A program made the translations under genes and the position numbers. 64,000 bases of DNA. Source: Octopus bimaculoides. Taxonomy: Eukaryota. The notes below the pieces were generated by a model. That model saw only the letters and a list, made by a program, of their open reading frames with translations. It had not been told where the DNA came from and searched no databases. Of this stretch, positions 52,379-64,000 are shown piece after piece. Within the stretch, counting starts at the first letter, position 1. Every line of letters starts with the position of its first letter. The DNA lies in assembly GCF_001194135.2 (NCBI RefSeq), contig NC_068985.1:127048346-127112345 (forward strand). The letters run 5' to 3'.

Positions 52379-52737
52379 CAGTCTCCTTTTTTCATACTGT
52401 CCACGTTAAGAGATAAGCTGAGCAAGAACTGTAGACATTCTATTTGGTTAGCTTGAGAAGCTTCGTGTAACGGTGTTTTACGATCATTATTGATGGATTC
52501 GAACACAATTTTAGTGTTTAAGGTCCATTCCAGATGGCGATTGAGAAGTTCTTGGCTAATAAACTTTAGAATATTTAGACGCCCGAAACGAGCAATTAAA
52601 TGAATAATGTTGTCCCCTGCTTTATTACATTTCTTGATCAACCAAGCTTCCTGAAAACTATCAATATAGTCAATAAAATATTGTAAATTTCCCTTCTGAG
52701 CTGCTTGTATAAGGTGTTCAAAGTAAAAGTTACTCAT
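52379..52737 (-). CDS. ANKRD16: ANKRD16 orthologue, coding exon 1
   Basis: ORF MSNFYFEHLIQAAQKG...AGDNIIHLIARFG...NNDRKTPLHEASQANQIECLQFLLSLSLNVDSMKKGDW matches recalled human ANKRD16 (AGDTLLHCAARHG...NRDYKRPLHEAAS...VDCLKKADW). Ends TG|gtgagtaa (phase 2). Confidence 0.92.
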
Positions 52738-53789
52738 TGCGAAAGAACATAGAAAGCCATGTGCAGTTTGTTATTGTAGATAATTTGGGTTCACACCGAT
52801 GACATCAACACCGGTCCTCGTATTCCTAAACTTTAGAAAGTTAAGTATTTATTTATTTGGCAGTCGCAGAAATTTATTTTTGCCAAACAAGTTAATAATT
52901 AATTAGGGTATTCGTGTGTATTCAGTGACTAGGAAAGAATCTACTGTTTGAAGTTGTTCACTGGTGAGATTGATTTGCTTGGGGGATTTTTTTGATGTAT
53001 GACCAACTTTCAGTGCCAATTCTCAGGTTTTACCACGTTTAAGCTGTCAAGGGACGTAACTTGGACTCCTCGTCAATACTAAAAAGTTCGCACGGAGTGC
53101 CGACTTTTGAGTTAGCTCTTGTGGAAGGCTAACTGGGCCTGCGACCCAAAACTAAAGACAACAATAATAATAATAAAGTATTTATTGGTACGCTACCAAT
53201 ATTGTATTAGTTTAAATGAAGAACTTGTAAGTTCACTAATTTTTAGTGTTCTTTTAGAATTTGAATTTTCAACTGTTAGCATATAACAAATCCTCATCCA
53301 GACCTGATCCCACTGCTGGTTGTTCAAGAACCAAATGAAGGGCAAGTTTTCAATCCTGATTCCAAAAAGGTATAATATGTCTATGTAGAGCAAATGTAGT
53401 CTGAGATACAGGGGTCCCGGACAGACAGACAATTTTGCGTCAATTATTATTAATGGTATTTCGTCCATTATTAATGGTATTTCGTTCTGAGTTCAAATTT
53501 CACCGCGGTTGACTTTGCTTTCATCTTTATGGGGGTCGATAAAATAGGTACCAGTGAAACACTAGGGTCAATATAATCGACTAGTCTCCTCCCCCAAAAG
53601 TTCAGGCCTTGTGTCTGTATGTAGAAAAGATTATTATAGATCAAGAGGAGGATGTCAATTTTCGCATACTTTTGTTCTTTAAATTATATATAAGAACCAC
53701 TCTTTGCTAAACATAAACTCCAACTCAAGCCAACCTCAAAATTCTTACTTGATCAATCAACATTCTAAAAATAGCAATTAAATTGCTCA

Positions 53790-56150
53790 CAACACTTCAT
53801 ACAGTGTTTCTCAACCCTTTCTCCTGCACCTCTCTTTAGTTTTCAAAGAAGACTTCTGGACATGCAACCGATGTTACTTCAGCTCTGACATCCTTAGTAG
53901 GATAGAACCTTGCTCTGAAGTCCAGATCCCTGTTGAAGATTTTGCCACCACCTTCCAGAGTTTGTCTAAGTTGAAGCATGTCAGTTGATTCCCTAAGGGT
54001 GCTCAGACTTGTTTCGCCTGAGTTCTCTCAAAACTACTGAAGAACATCTGCCTATCCAACAACACCTTGGACTGGCAGAAACTATTCCTGTTCCCTTTGG
54101 TCTCCCTCTATGTGATAAATGGGAATAGTGGTTCTCTCACTTCTTCCCTGAAATGGCAGTTTCAGCTGTTTGAATCTACTCCATCCACTGTTCATCTCAC
54201 GTCAATCATCAGCTCAACCCTGAACAATGGTCAGCCATGTAACTTAAGGCTGTTAATGCCAAATTCAGCGAATATGACATTAAAGGAGCTGTTTGCCTTT
54301 TTTCCTCTTTGTCCACTCTCTTCCCGTGTACTAGAGACTCCCTCAACCAACTGAAGGAGAATCATCCTCCAGCCCCTCCAGATGATCACCTACACTGGCC
54401 CGACCCACCAAGTTTTCTTCAACCCATCTTCACCTCTGACAATGCCAGGATGGCAATTGCCTCTTTTCCAGCAGGTTCTGGCATTGGGATCGATGGCTTA
54501 TGACCTCAGCATCTCAAGGATAGAATCTCCCTCTCTGCTGATGATGCTGGGCTTGAACTCTTGGAGAACCTAACACAGTTTATAAACTTGCTCTCATCCA
54601 AGAGTGTCCTTGTCTACATTCATCCTCTGTTCTTTGGGGCCAAAATATTTGGTCTCACCAAGCCCAACAGTAATCTCTGCCCTGTAACAGTTGGCTATAC
54701 TCTGCAACGGCTCGTCCTCAATTTCTAACTGACCGTTCAAGGAATTTTCTTCTATTCGGCTAGAAATAGGTACTAAGATAGGTTGTGAGGCTGCTGCTCA
54801 TGCCACCAGAGTTTTCACCAACTTGCCTTCTGTGTCCCCAAAAGTCATCCTCAAACTAGACTTTAAGAATGCTTTTAATTCCATCAGTCGAGACGTCATC
54901 TTCCGTGCAGTAAGGGAGAATTCCCCACCACTTTATCACTTTGCTTGACCACCTCATCCCATCTGCCTCTGGAGTCCAACAGGCTGACCCACTTGGTCCT
55001 GCCCTATTTGCATTGTGTATTGATGATGTTATCAAGTTGGGAGCCAACCTAGACCTAAATGCCTGGTACCTTGATGATGCTTGTTTGGGAGGCCCTCCTG
55101 ACAAGGTACTTGCAGCTGTGAGGATGATAAATGTGACATTTGGTCATAAAGGTGTTCGCATTAACAGCTCCAAATGTTAGCTCTGGCTCCTCAGCCACAT
55201 GAGCAGATTACTAAACTATTTCTTGACTCCCTCCCCTCAATTGCAATTCCTCCTTCATCAGCATGGTGCTCCCTTGGAGCCTCAATTACAGGCCTAGCTT
55301 TTGAGTCTTTCTTTAGATCCAAAATGGCTAACCTTGAACAACTTTTAAAAAGACCTTGAGGTAGTTGAGGTTTATTTATAGTTAGGAATTACTTGTCAAT
55401 TCCTAAGCTATTGTATTTTCTGAGAGTTAGTTCCTCTTACAGATTCTTGTCATCCCTCCAATACTTTGACAACCTAATCTTCAGGAAACTCGAATGCTTG
55501 GTCAATGTCAGATTCTCCCCAGACTTTTACAACCAAGCTGCTTTGCCCAAACGGTTTGGGGTTGTAGTTGTGCACAAGGGCTTGTCTTTATCTCTTCCCT
55601 GTTTTCTTTCCTCCATCTACACTTGCTCCCCTTTGATAAGCAACATCCTCTCCTCTCCAACATGGACTAATTCCAAGAGGGAGATGGATGAAGTTCTATT
55701 CCAGTGGAAAGAGCTGGGTTTGTCTGTTCTGATTACAGTGGAGGATAGACAGAAACAGAGTACAGGACAATCTGTGTTCAGGTGCCACTTTCAACTCTGA
55801 TCAATTTTCAAGGTGCTGCTTTCTTTCAGCTAGTGCTCCCTTCCATGTTCTGGATGTTACAGTTAATGGGAGGGTCACTGCTTCCATAGCCAAACAAGAA
55901 AACCTTGAAGCACCAAGACCTGACTGATCTATCTCTTCCAACCTGTGGCGTTTGAGATGTTTGGAGGGACTGGGCCACTCACCATAAAGTTCTTGTCAAT
56001 GCTGCCAGCTCACCTCACTAAGGTGTCAGGTGATGCACATGCGGGTGCTTGGGTTTCCCAACACCTTAGCTTTGCCATCGCCTGTTGTAATGCTGCAGTA
56101 GGTTTCGTTAAACTTTGTAGCATGTGACCAGCTGCTGTGATAAAAAAATT
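53790..56150 (+). mobile_element. Degraded CRE-clade non-LTR retrotransposon
   Basis: SFPAGSGIGIDGL.PQHLKD, PLFFGAKIFGLTK..LCPVTVGYTLQRL, KLDFKNAFNSISR, SGVQQADPLGPALF, NAWYLDD and C-terminal FEMFGGTGP...SQHLSFAIACCNAA; short A tail near 56141. Confidence 0.8.
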
Positions 56151-58188
56151 CCCCACAAATAGTTTCTATATAGTTTTAACAGAAAGATTTAGAGGAATCA
56201 GAAGAAAGTTCTCTGGTAATTTTCTTTTATACAAATAAATGTTTATGTTAATTTAAGAATTTTCCTGCAAAATCTTATAAAATGACAATGTTCTAAAAGA
56301 TGAACATGTTTTTATGTTATATATGAAAATAAAATGAGAAACATGAATAGTCAAAGAAACTATATATGTAAGTTCACAAACTTTTGGTGTTCTTTTAGAA
56401 TTTGAATTGAATAGTTTCAAGTCTCTAAAACTATATTTATTGATTCTAGAATGATTTGAACACACACATATATATTAAATCTTGTGCTGGATATGCGGTA
56501 TTGTTCCTGTGGTCTTCCACCCTTATGTCTCCATTCTAACTATAATTTGAATTCTAGCTCATGTTGAGCACTTCAACTCTAGCCTGTTTTTATGTATTGT
56601 TATATTAACAATATCTAATTATATTTATATATGTACATATACATATATGAATTTATAATTTTATTTACACTTTATAAATGAATATTTTATTTTATTTTTT
56701 ATTAACTATAAATTTACCTTATTTATATTTATCTTTCCTCAATCATCTCTATTTTNNNNNNNNNNNNNNNNNNNNNNNNNNNNNNNNNNNNNNNNNNNNN
56801 NNNNNNNNNNNNNNNNNNNNNNNNNNNNNNNNNNNNNNNNNNNNNNNNNNNNNNNNNNNNNNNNNNNNNNNNNNNNNNNNNNNNNNNNNNNNNNNNNNNN
56901 NNNNNNNNNNNNNNNNNNNNNNNNNNNNNNNNNNNNNNNNNNNNNNNNNNNNNNNNNNNNNNNNNNNNNNNNNNNNNNNNNNNNNNNNNNNNNNNNNNNN
57001 NNNNNNTTTTTATTAACTATAAATTTACCTTATTTATATTTATCTTTCCTCAATCATCTCTATTTTTACTTTATTTATTGTTCTCGTTTTATTTACTTTA
57101 CTTTATCCCTAATCATATTCTAATCAATCTGTAAACTCTTCACCTGAGCATATAATAGTACAAATCATAAACCATAATATTTAATCTGCTGAAATGAATT
57201 GATAGATCCACATGTAACATCCCAAAATACATCTTTTTTTTTTTCTCTGATGAAATTATGCTCACGTCACATAAATGCAAATTTAATGTACAAATTTACA
57301 ATTAAATTATTGATTATTCATTGAAACAGTTGTAAGAAGTGTAGATGACCAATTTGTTAATAAATAATTGTTCACCACATTGAATCAAGGGTTCTGTTTA
57401 AAGTGTCGCTTTGAAACAGAACCCTTGATTCAATAACACTTTGTATAAACTCTGTATTTAGAATGACCGATTTCAAAGACTGTTGGATTTTACTCATAGG
57501 GTATTGGAATCTTAATAATGGATTTACAAATGCAATGACCAATCTTAAAGACTATTGGATTTTACTCACAAGGTATTGGAATCTTATATGTATACCATTT
57601 TGCTTAAACAATGGATTTACAAATACAATATTCCCTACATTCATTCTCTATTTCCTATCTTAACTAAACTAACTATTGCTTAACTATCCTCTCACACCAT
57701 CTCCGATGAAGGGATATAATAAATATGCTGGAAACAGCTGTAAGATCTTCTATTTATAAATGTTCTATATTTTACACAGCCTTGGTTTTTTTATTTCATT
57801 ACGAAAAGTAAATCCTTATACATATATATATATATATATTTCTATATATATATATATATANNNNNNNNNNNNNNNNNNNNNNNNNNNNNNNNNNNNNNNN
57901 NNNNNNNNNNNNNNNNNNNNNNNNNNNNNNNNNNNNNNNNNNNNNNNNNNNNNNNNNNNNNNNNNNNNNNNNNNNNNNNNNNNNNNNNNNNNNNNNNNNN
58001 NNNNNNNNNNNNNNNNNNNNNNNNNNNNNNNNNNNNNNNNNNNNNNNNNNNNNNNNNNNNNNNNNNNNNNNNNNNNNNNNNNNNNNNNNNNNNNNNNNNN
58101 NNNNNNNNNNNNNNNNNNNNNNNNNNNNNNNNNNNNNNNNNNNNNNNNNNNNNNNNNNNNNNNNNNTCACAGTATAAAATATACATAC

Positions 58189-58225
<37 letters not shown>

Positions 58226-59876
58226 GTTTTAGGGAAAAGAACCAAAGTTCATGAACTCATTGATGAAAATCCACTGTCACATAGAAAAATTAATAAGTAA
58301 AAGCACAATAAATATGTATAATATAATACAAAGTAAATATCATAAGATAATGATAATAAAATGACTACACGTGTTTCATAACCAATTTTCAAATAGAAAG
58401 AATATTTAAATCAATTAAAACTGTCGAAAATAAATTCTATTAAAAAATATAACTAATCTTGAGGTCAAAGTACAACAATAATAATAATAAAAGAATGTAT
58501 ATATCAACCAAGAATAAATAACAAATGAATGTATATAAATTCCTTATTATATTAAGATAGAAAAATATTATTAAAATATTATGAGAAAAATACTTATGAG
58601 AAAAAAATATATCTTCATATTTATTGTTCACTAATCTCAATAAGAACAGCTGTAACCTGGGCAACACCAGGTAATTCAGAGGTTAAGAAATAAAATAGAA
58701 GAATAAAGAGTAAAAGTAGATAGAAGAATACAAAGAGGAGAATGAAGTCCACAGTTCATCTTTTCCAGAGGCTGTGGAGGTTGGTCGTATTTCCACGAAT
58801 GATGTGTTCATGTTGAAGTAATGGATTAAGTGGTTAGGTAGTATGTAAACGGTTCACTTGAGTATATAGAGTGAGAAAGACAGACCTCAAGATAGAGAGA
58901 GGTGTATTGTGAGTGAGTGGATAGAAGAGAGAGGGGAGAAAAGAAGGAGAAAGAGGGGAAAAAAGAGAGAAAAGAAGGAGAAAGAAAGAAAAGAAGAATA
59001 GGATAGATGTGGGGAAAGAATGAATGAAAGCAAAAGTAAAGTAAAATCAAAAATCAATAAAAAAAGAAATAAAAATCAAAAGAATAAAGATAAAGATAAG
59101 ATGCCAGTATAATTCTTCATAAGTGTTGGTTCGGGGTGAGAGGTCAGGCATTAAGGTTTTGGTAAAGTGTAGGAAGAAGGTATTTATGTCTATTAACTAA
59201 ACAGATGAAATCTAGGTTAAGTGTGGTCAGTGGTCAGTTGGGGATAGCTAAAAATACATGCCTAGCTTAAAGGGGTATACATAGGATAAAACTACAATTA
59301 AATGGATAAAGTATACAAATTAAAGAATTAAAATTTAAAAGTTAAAATTTTAAATTTAAATTAAAAAAATTTAAAAACTGTGTGTGAGTGTGTGTACAAT
59401 TAATAAGTTACAAGTTAAATGAAATGATGCTGAAAATTGCTAAAAAAAAATTAAATAGTGCTATACATGATTGCCTACAGCTAGAAACTGTAAGAATTGT
59501 ATTATAGATGAAAAAAAAGAAAAAAAGAATTAAATATGCATTTTCTTCCTTAATTTTAAATTCAAATTTCTCATTCTGCCTCGTTGCAGTAGGATAGTTA
59601 TCTCCCTTGTAGTAACAGTCATAGCTCGAAGGTATCATATGCACACACATGCGCACATATACAGGAGGAAAAGACAAAGTTTATCTTGATAGCATTTAAA
59701 CTCAGAGGGAGGTGGAAAATATACTGTGTGGCAGTCTATCCAACACTCTGATGACTACTGATTTGTTATGTTATTAAAAATTTGCACATTCAAGGACTGT
59801 GTAGATAGATAACTAAGACAGATAGGTGGATAGAAAAATCAATAGATGGAGAGAGAGATACATAGAGAAAAACAGA

Positions 59877-59916
<40 letters not shown>

Positions 59917-60650
59917 AAGTAAAAAAGGAAATATTTCCTTAGTTCATTTTGAATCGAACTAATTTTGTGTTGCCTTGGAAATGTATTTTCAAATATGTTA
60001 ATTTCAATATCTTCTATTTCTAAATATGTTGATAATTGTCGGCTTTGTAAGGAGAATTCGACAATTAAAGATGTAGTTTTCTCTATCAGTACTTTTGTGG
60101 TAAGAAGCTTGTTTCCCAACCACATGGTTCTGGATTCAGTCTGACTGCATGGCACCTTGGGCAAGTGTCTTCTTCTATAGCCTCAGGCTGATCAAAGCCT
60201 TGTGAGCGGATTTGGTAGACAGAAACTGGAACAAGCCCATCATATATATATATATATATATGTGTATATATTTGTGTGTGTGTGTGTGTGCATGTGTCTG
60301 TGTTTGTCCCCCCATCATCGCTTGACAACCAATGCTGGTGTGTTTATGTCCCTGTAACTTAGCGATTCAGCTAAAGAGACTGATAGAATAAGTACTGGGC
60401 TTACAGAGAATAAGTCCTGGCGTCAATTTCTTCAACTAACACCCTTTAAGGCAGTGCTCTAGCATGGCCAAAGTCAAATGACTAACAAGTAAAAAAAGAA
60501 TATATATATATATATATGGTGGTGCACCAGCATGACTGCAGCCACTTGGCTGAAACACATAAATAAATAAAAATATAGATAGATAGATAGATAAATAGAC
60601 AGACAGTTAGATAGCTAACTACATAGATGTGTGTGTGCATGTGTATTTAA

Positions 60651-60682
<32 letters not shown>

Positions 60683-62106
60683 CCTCACTACCATGCAGGA
60701 ACTCACATTTTATACATAGAAAAGTAACATCATTGTTATCAACAGTTGACAACAAGGAAGTTGTTTTTTTCTTTTTATATGAAAAGTGGATAATATAAAT
60801 GAGGGAAAAAAATACGTGGTCCTGTATAATAGTGATGCATAGGGTTTGAATGCAGAAAATCTGTGAAGGCTGGAAAGAAATGTATTTATTTTCACTAGTA
60901 GAATGTGTAACATCAATATAAATGTAAGCCAGAGCATCAGTAATCTGAGGATTAAAGATATTTCTTTATATATTCAGACAAGATTAACTCTTTCGCTGTG
61001 GAAATCAGATGTAACCACTCAAAATTTTATTACACTTTACCATAAAAAGCAGTTTTATATAACAATCTATCTTTTCTTAAGAAATGTTTTGTTTGAAGCT
61101 ATTTTCTGAGATATGTCAAGTTAATTGAGGCCATGTAATATGCAGAAAATACCAAATCTATTTATTTTTATAGATATTTATATCATTTACTGGAGTAACT
61201 ATGAAATTTAATTTCACAGTCAAAGGATCAATGTGCTCCTATGTACAAGTGATGTGAAAGGATGATGAGGATGAGTGCTAGGTGAAATAGTGTCATGTGC
61301 TGACAATCGAAGGAAAAAAAGGCAGAAGACATATGCATTCATAAAGACATGAAAAGAAGGGCAACATCCAATCACAAGATCTGTTATTATACTAGTATGA
61401 GAGGATTGGCAACAAACTGTACTGTAGACATGCTGAACCTATGCCAGCATGGAAAAATTGATGTTAAAACAAGGTTTATGAAAATGATAGTATTTATAAC
61501 AGGATAATGTTATCTTATGAATTGATGTGACAAATTGAGTGATTTACAGTGTCAGGCATCAGTGAATAATCAGCTTTGTTGACAGTAGGAAGTTGTGGTT
61601 TTCATATTTTTCTTTTGAGTATTAATGAAATAAGCTAATTAGTCACGATCAAGAATTCAACCTAAATTCCTCGATTAACTAAAAGCTTACCTGAAGCACA
61701 GCAATCATTCTCTCACCCCATACAAATATGTGTGTGTGTGGGGGGGGTATGTATGTATGCATGTATATTGCATTGCACACATTCATATATGTGTATATGT
61801 TATATATATATATATATATATATATATAAGTGTGCATGATATTTGTATGTATATATCATACATACACACACACACATAAATATATATGTGTCAGCGTTAA
61901 TTCTTTTTAAATGGCGGTGCACCAGCATGGCCACTGTCATTGGACTGAAACATATAAAAGAATATATGTATCTGTAATAAAATATGAGATAGACTAGATC
62001 AAGGCAAGTAATTTAAATTCTTCCACATTAGACATGACTTTTCATGTTGAAATGTCTATTTCTTTAGAAGTCCTTGATTGGCAAATGTAATCATGGAAGT
62101 TAAATA

Positions 62107-62364
62107 TTAATCTGGAACTTGACTGTTGATTTTATATTCTGCATTATTTTCAGCTTCTACAATATTATATTGTCCTTCTTCAGGAATATAAATACTGTTT
62201 GTATTCTCTGAGGCCAAATTATTGCCAGTGTTAAGGCCATTTTTCTCCCCTGGGTCATTTCTCTTGAAAACTGAGAGAATTCTTTGATATCTTACTTCAG
62301 TAGAATCTCTTTCTGATGGAAAGTCAGGTAGGGGCCGCCTTAGCATATCAATGGAACATTTTCT
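62107..62364 (-). CDS. Probable terminal exon of an unidentified gene
   Basis: Strong acceptor (ttttcttctttctttcccttttatttacag), then an 85-codon frame RKCSIDMLRRPLPDFPSERDSTEVRYQRILSVFKRNDP...QVPD* of normal composition. Family not recognised. Confidence 0.55.
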   Translation of the reverse strand, partial: RKCSIDMLRRPLPDFPSERDSTEVRYQRILSVFKRNDPGEKNGLNTGNNLASENTNSIYIPEEGQYNIVEAENNAEYKINSQVPD

Positions 62365-63533
62365 CTGTAAATAAAAGGGAAAGAAAGAAGAAAACATCAA
62401 AATTTAATCATGGTAGAGTTAGTGTTGTTATTAAAAACATATATAGACAGTTGTATTCACTTCATTCGTTTAGCATTTTACATGTTTCAGTTATTGGACT
62501 GCATCCCCCTAGAAATATTAATAACAAGGTTATTGTCTCTGAAGTCAATTCCAACAGAATTAAGTTTATGTCAAGTAACTCTAAAATTAAAATTCTATAT
62601 ACCAGTGTAAAATTACTTCAGGTATTGATGTCTTTTTTATATAGTTAACTCTTCTTCTCAGTTATCTAAAAGAATTTCTAATCATTACTCTACATTTAGG
62701 GATAGGAATAAACATAACAGTACAGGACTTAGTAAATTAATTTGGTATCTAAAAGACCATAATAAACAATTTAATTTAGATTGGTTGATTCTCTCAATTT
62801 CGTTCCCTTATGATAAAGGCAAGGAATTCTGTCTTCTTTGTAATTCTGAACTATTTTTTAATTCTTTTTTCTAAAAATATCCTTGTAAACACAGTTATAG
62901 AGTGTGCTTACCGATGTAAACATTGGCAGAAACATACCTTTAGTTCATATAAGTGATATCAATCATTATATATAATTTAAACATTGATTTTCTTCTTACA
63001 TTTCACTGTCAATAGATATATCTTTTTCCAAACTTTAGGGTTTTATTTAATTTACATATTGTTCTATACTTCTCATTTATTTGGTTTCTGATGTTTTCTT
63101 TCCTTTACTCCTCCTCTTTCTATACGCTACCTTTGACGTCATATCCTCTAGTGTTTCTTTAAAAAAAACTTAATAGCATTCAGTTAATCGCTATACATAT
63201 CCATCATATTCTGTTAAAAAGTCTTATTGACGAGTTTTATTTCTTCATTTCCCTGAAGAGAAGATTACATTGTTTTACACCATTTTATTCCTTTGGAATA
63301 ATATCAATGATATCTTCAAAACATGTGTTGAAAGTAAAAGAATTTGAATAACACCTGCGTTTAACTCCATTTATTTAATTATATATATTATACAAAATAT
63401 TTCATGTAAACCAGGAGTTTCTACCTTTAAAAACAAGGTGTTACACCCTTTTTACTTGTGTGATTTTTTGCTACCCTGGTAACTATTTATCTATTTTTTC
63501 CGTGTTAATTGAAAACAAGGGAAAAATACCCAC

Positions 63534-63721
63534 ATCTATATGCAACCAGTAAATATTACCAGAAATCTGGCTTCCATCATCAAAAGAATATTGGCAAAAG
63601 CAATTCATATGGTAGTGCAAAAGATCTAGAGGTTGAAGCAAGAGAGGAGGGAGAAGACACTTGCCCACCAAAATATTGACCTCATCTTTCATGATAAACT
63701 TTGTTTCACACAATATACTCT
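63534..63721 (-). CDS. Possible internal exon of the same unidentified gene
   Basis: Open frame SILCETKFIMKDEVNILVGKCLLPPLLLQPLDLLHYHMNCFCQYSFDDGSQISGNIYWLHID. A gtgggt donor in phase 0 would join the 62364 exon. The acceptor is weak. Confidence 0.4.
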
Positions 63722-64000
63722 CTGTTCAATTTCAGTTGTATTATTCCTACACATCTTCCACCATAAGGTTTTAACTTAAAAGCACTACTAACACAGAGTT
63801 TCAGTACTTATTTTTAACTCTATCTCACTCATACCAGACAAGCATTTGTCAATTTTCTTTTTGAATATCTACATGCCCTTTAGCAATGATATAAAGCCAC
63901 ATTGTACTGAAATCTGTTAAAATTGCTAATGGTTTCTTTGTTACTCTGTTAAAGGCTGCTAATGGATTCTTTGTTAGTTTGAATGATGGTAACTCTGCTG

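Noticed and set aside
56695-57066. About 60-bp sequence repeated on both sides of an N gap
   Set aside because: Most simply unmerged contig overlap.
58362-58395. Minus-strand GAAACACGTGTA hammerhead half
   Set aside because: No recognisable CUGANGA upstream; too decayed to call.

Overview
AT-rich, microsatellite- and SINE-dense animal genomic DNA with many scaffold gaps. The repeat content looks like an octopus (coleoid cephalopod) genome; this is an inference from recalled repeat families. Two genes are well supported by in-phase GT-AG exon chains. (1) An ANKRD16 orthologue on the minus strand: four exons found, 244 codons, C-terminal exons not located. (2) A complete 4-exon, 138-aa fatty-acid-binding-protein (FABP/iLBP) gene on the plus strand, nested antisense inside the 31-kb first intron of ANKRD16. 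The probable last exons of a third, unidentified minus-strand gene lie at 62-64 kb. The rest is decayed mobile DNA: L1/Tx1, CR1-group, RTE, CRE and HERO-like LINEs, a Penelope-like element, a Gypsy 3' end, hAT and mariner transposases, MITEs and several SINE families. Most notable observations: a TSD-flanked 569-bp element combining a tRNA-like Pol III head, a hammerhead-ribozyme core and an inverted duplication; conservation of the three lysines reported as functional in mammalian ANKRD16; in-place (TTAGGG)n expansion from seeds inside transposons; and several long intronic hairpins. No rRNA, true tRNA or CRISPR array is supported. Mobile-element boundaries are approximate unless a TSD or TIR is cited.
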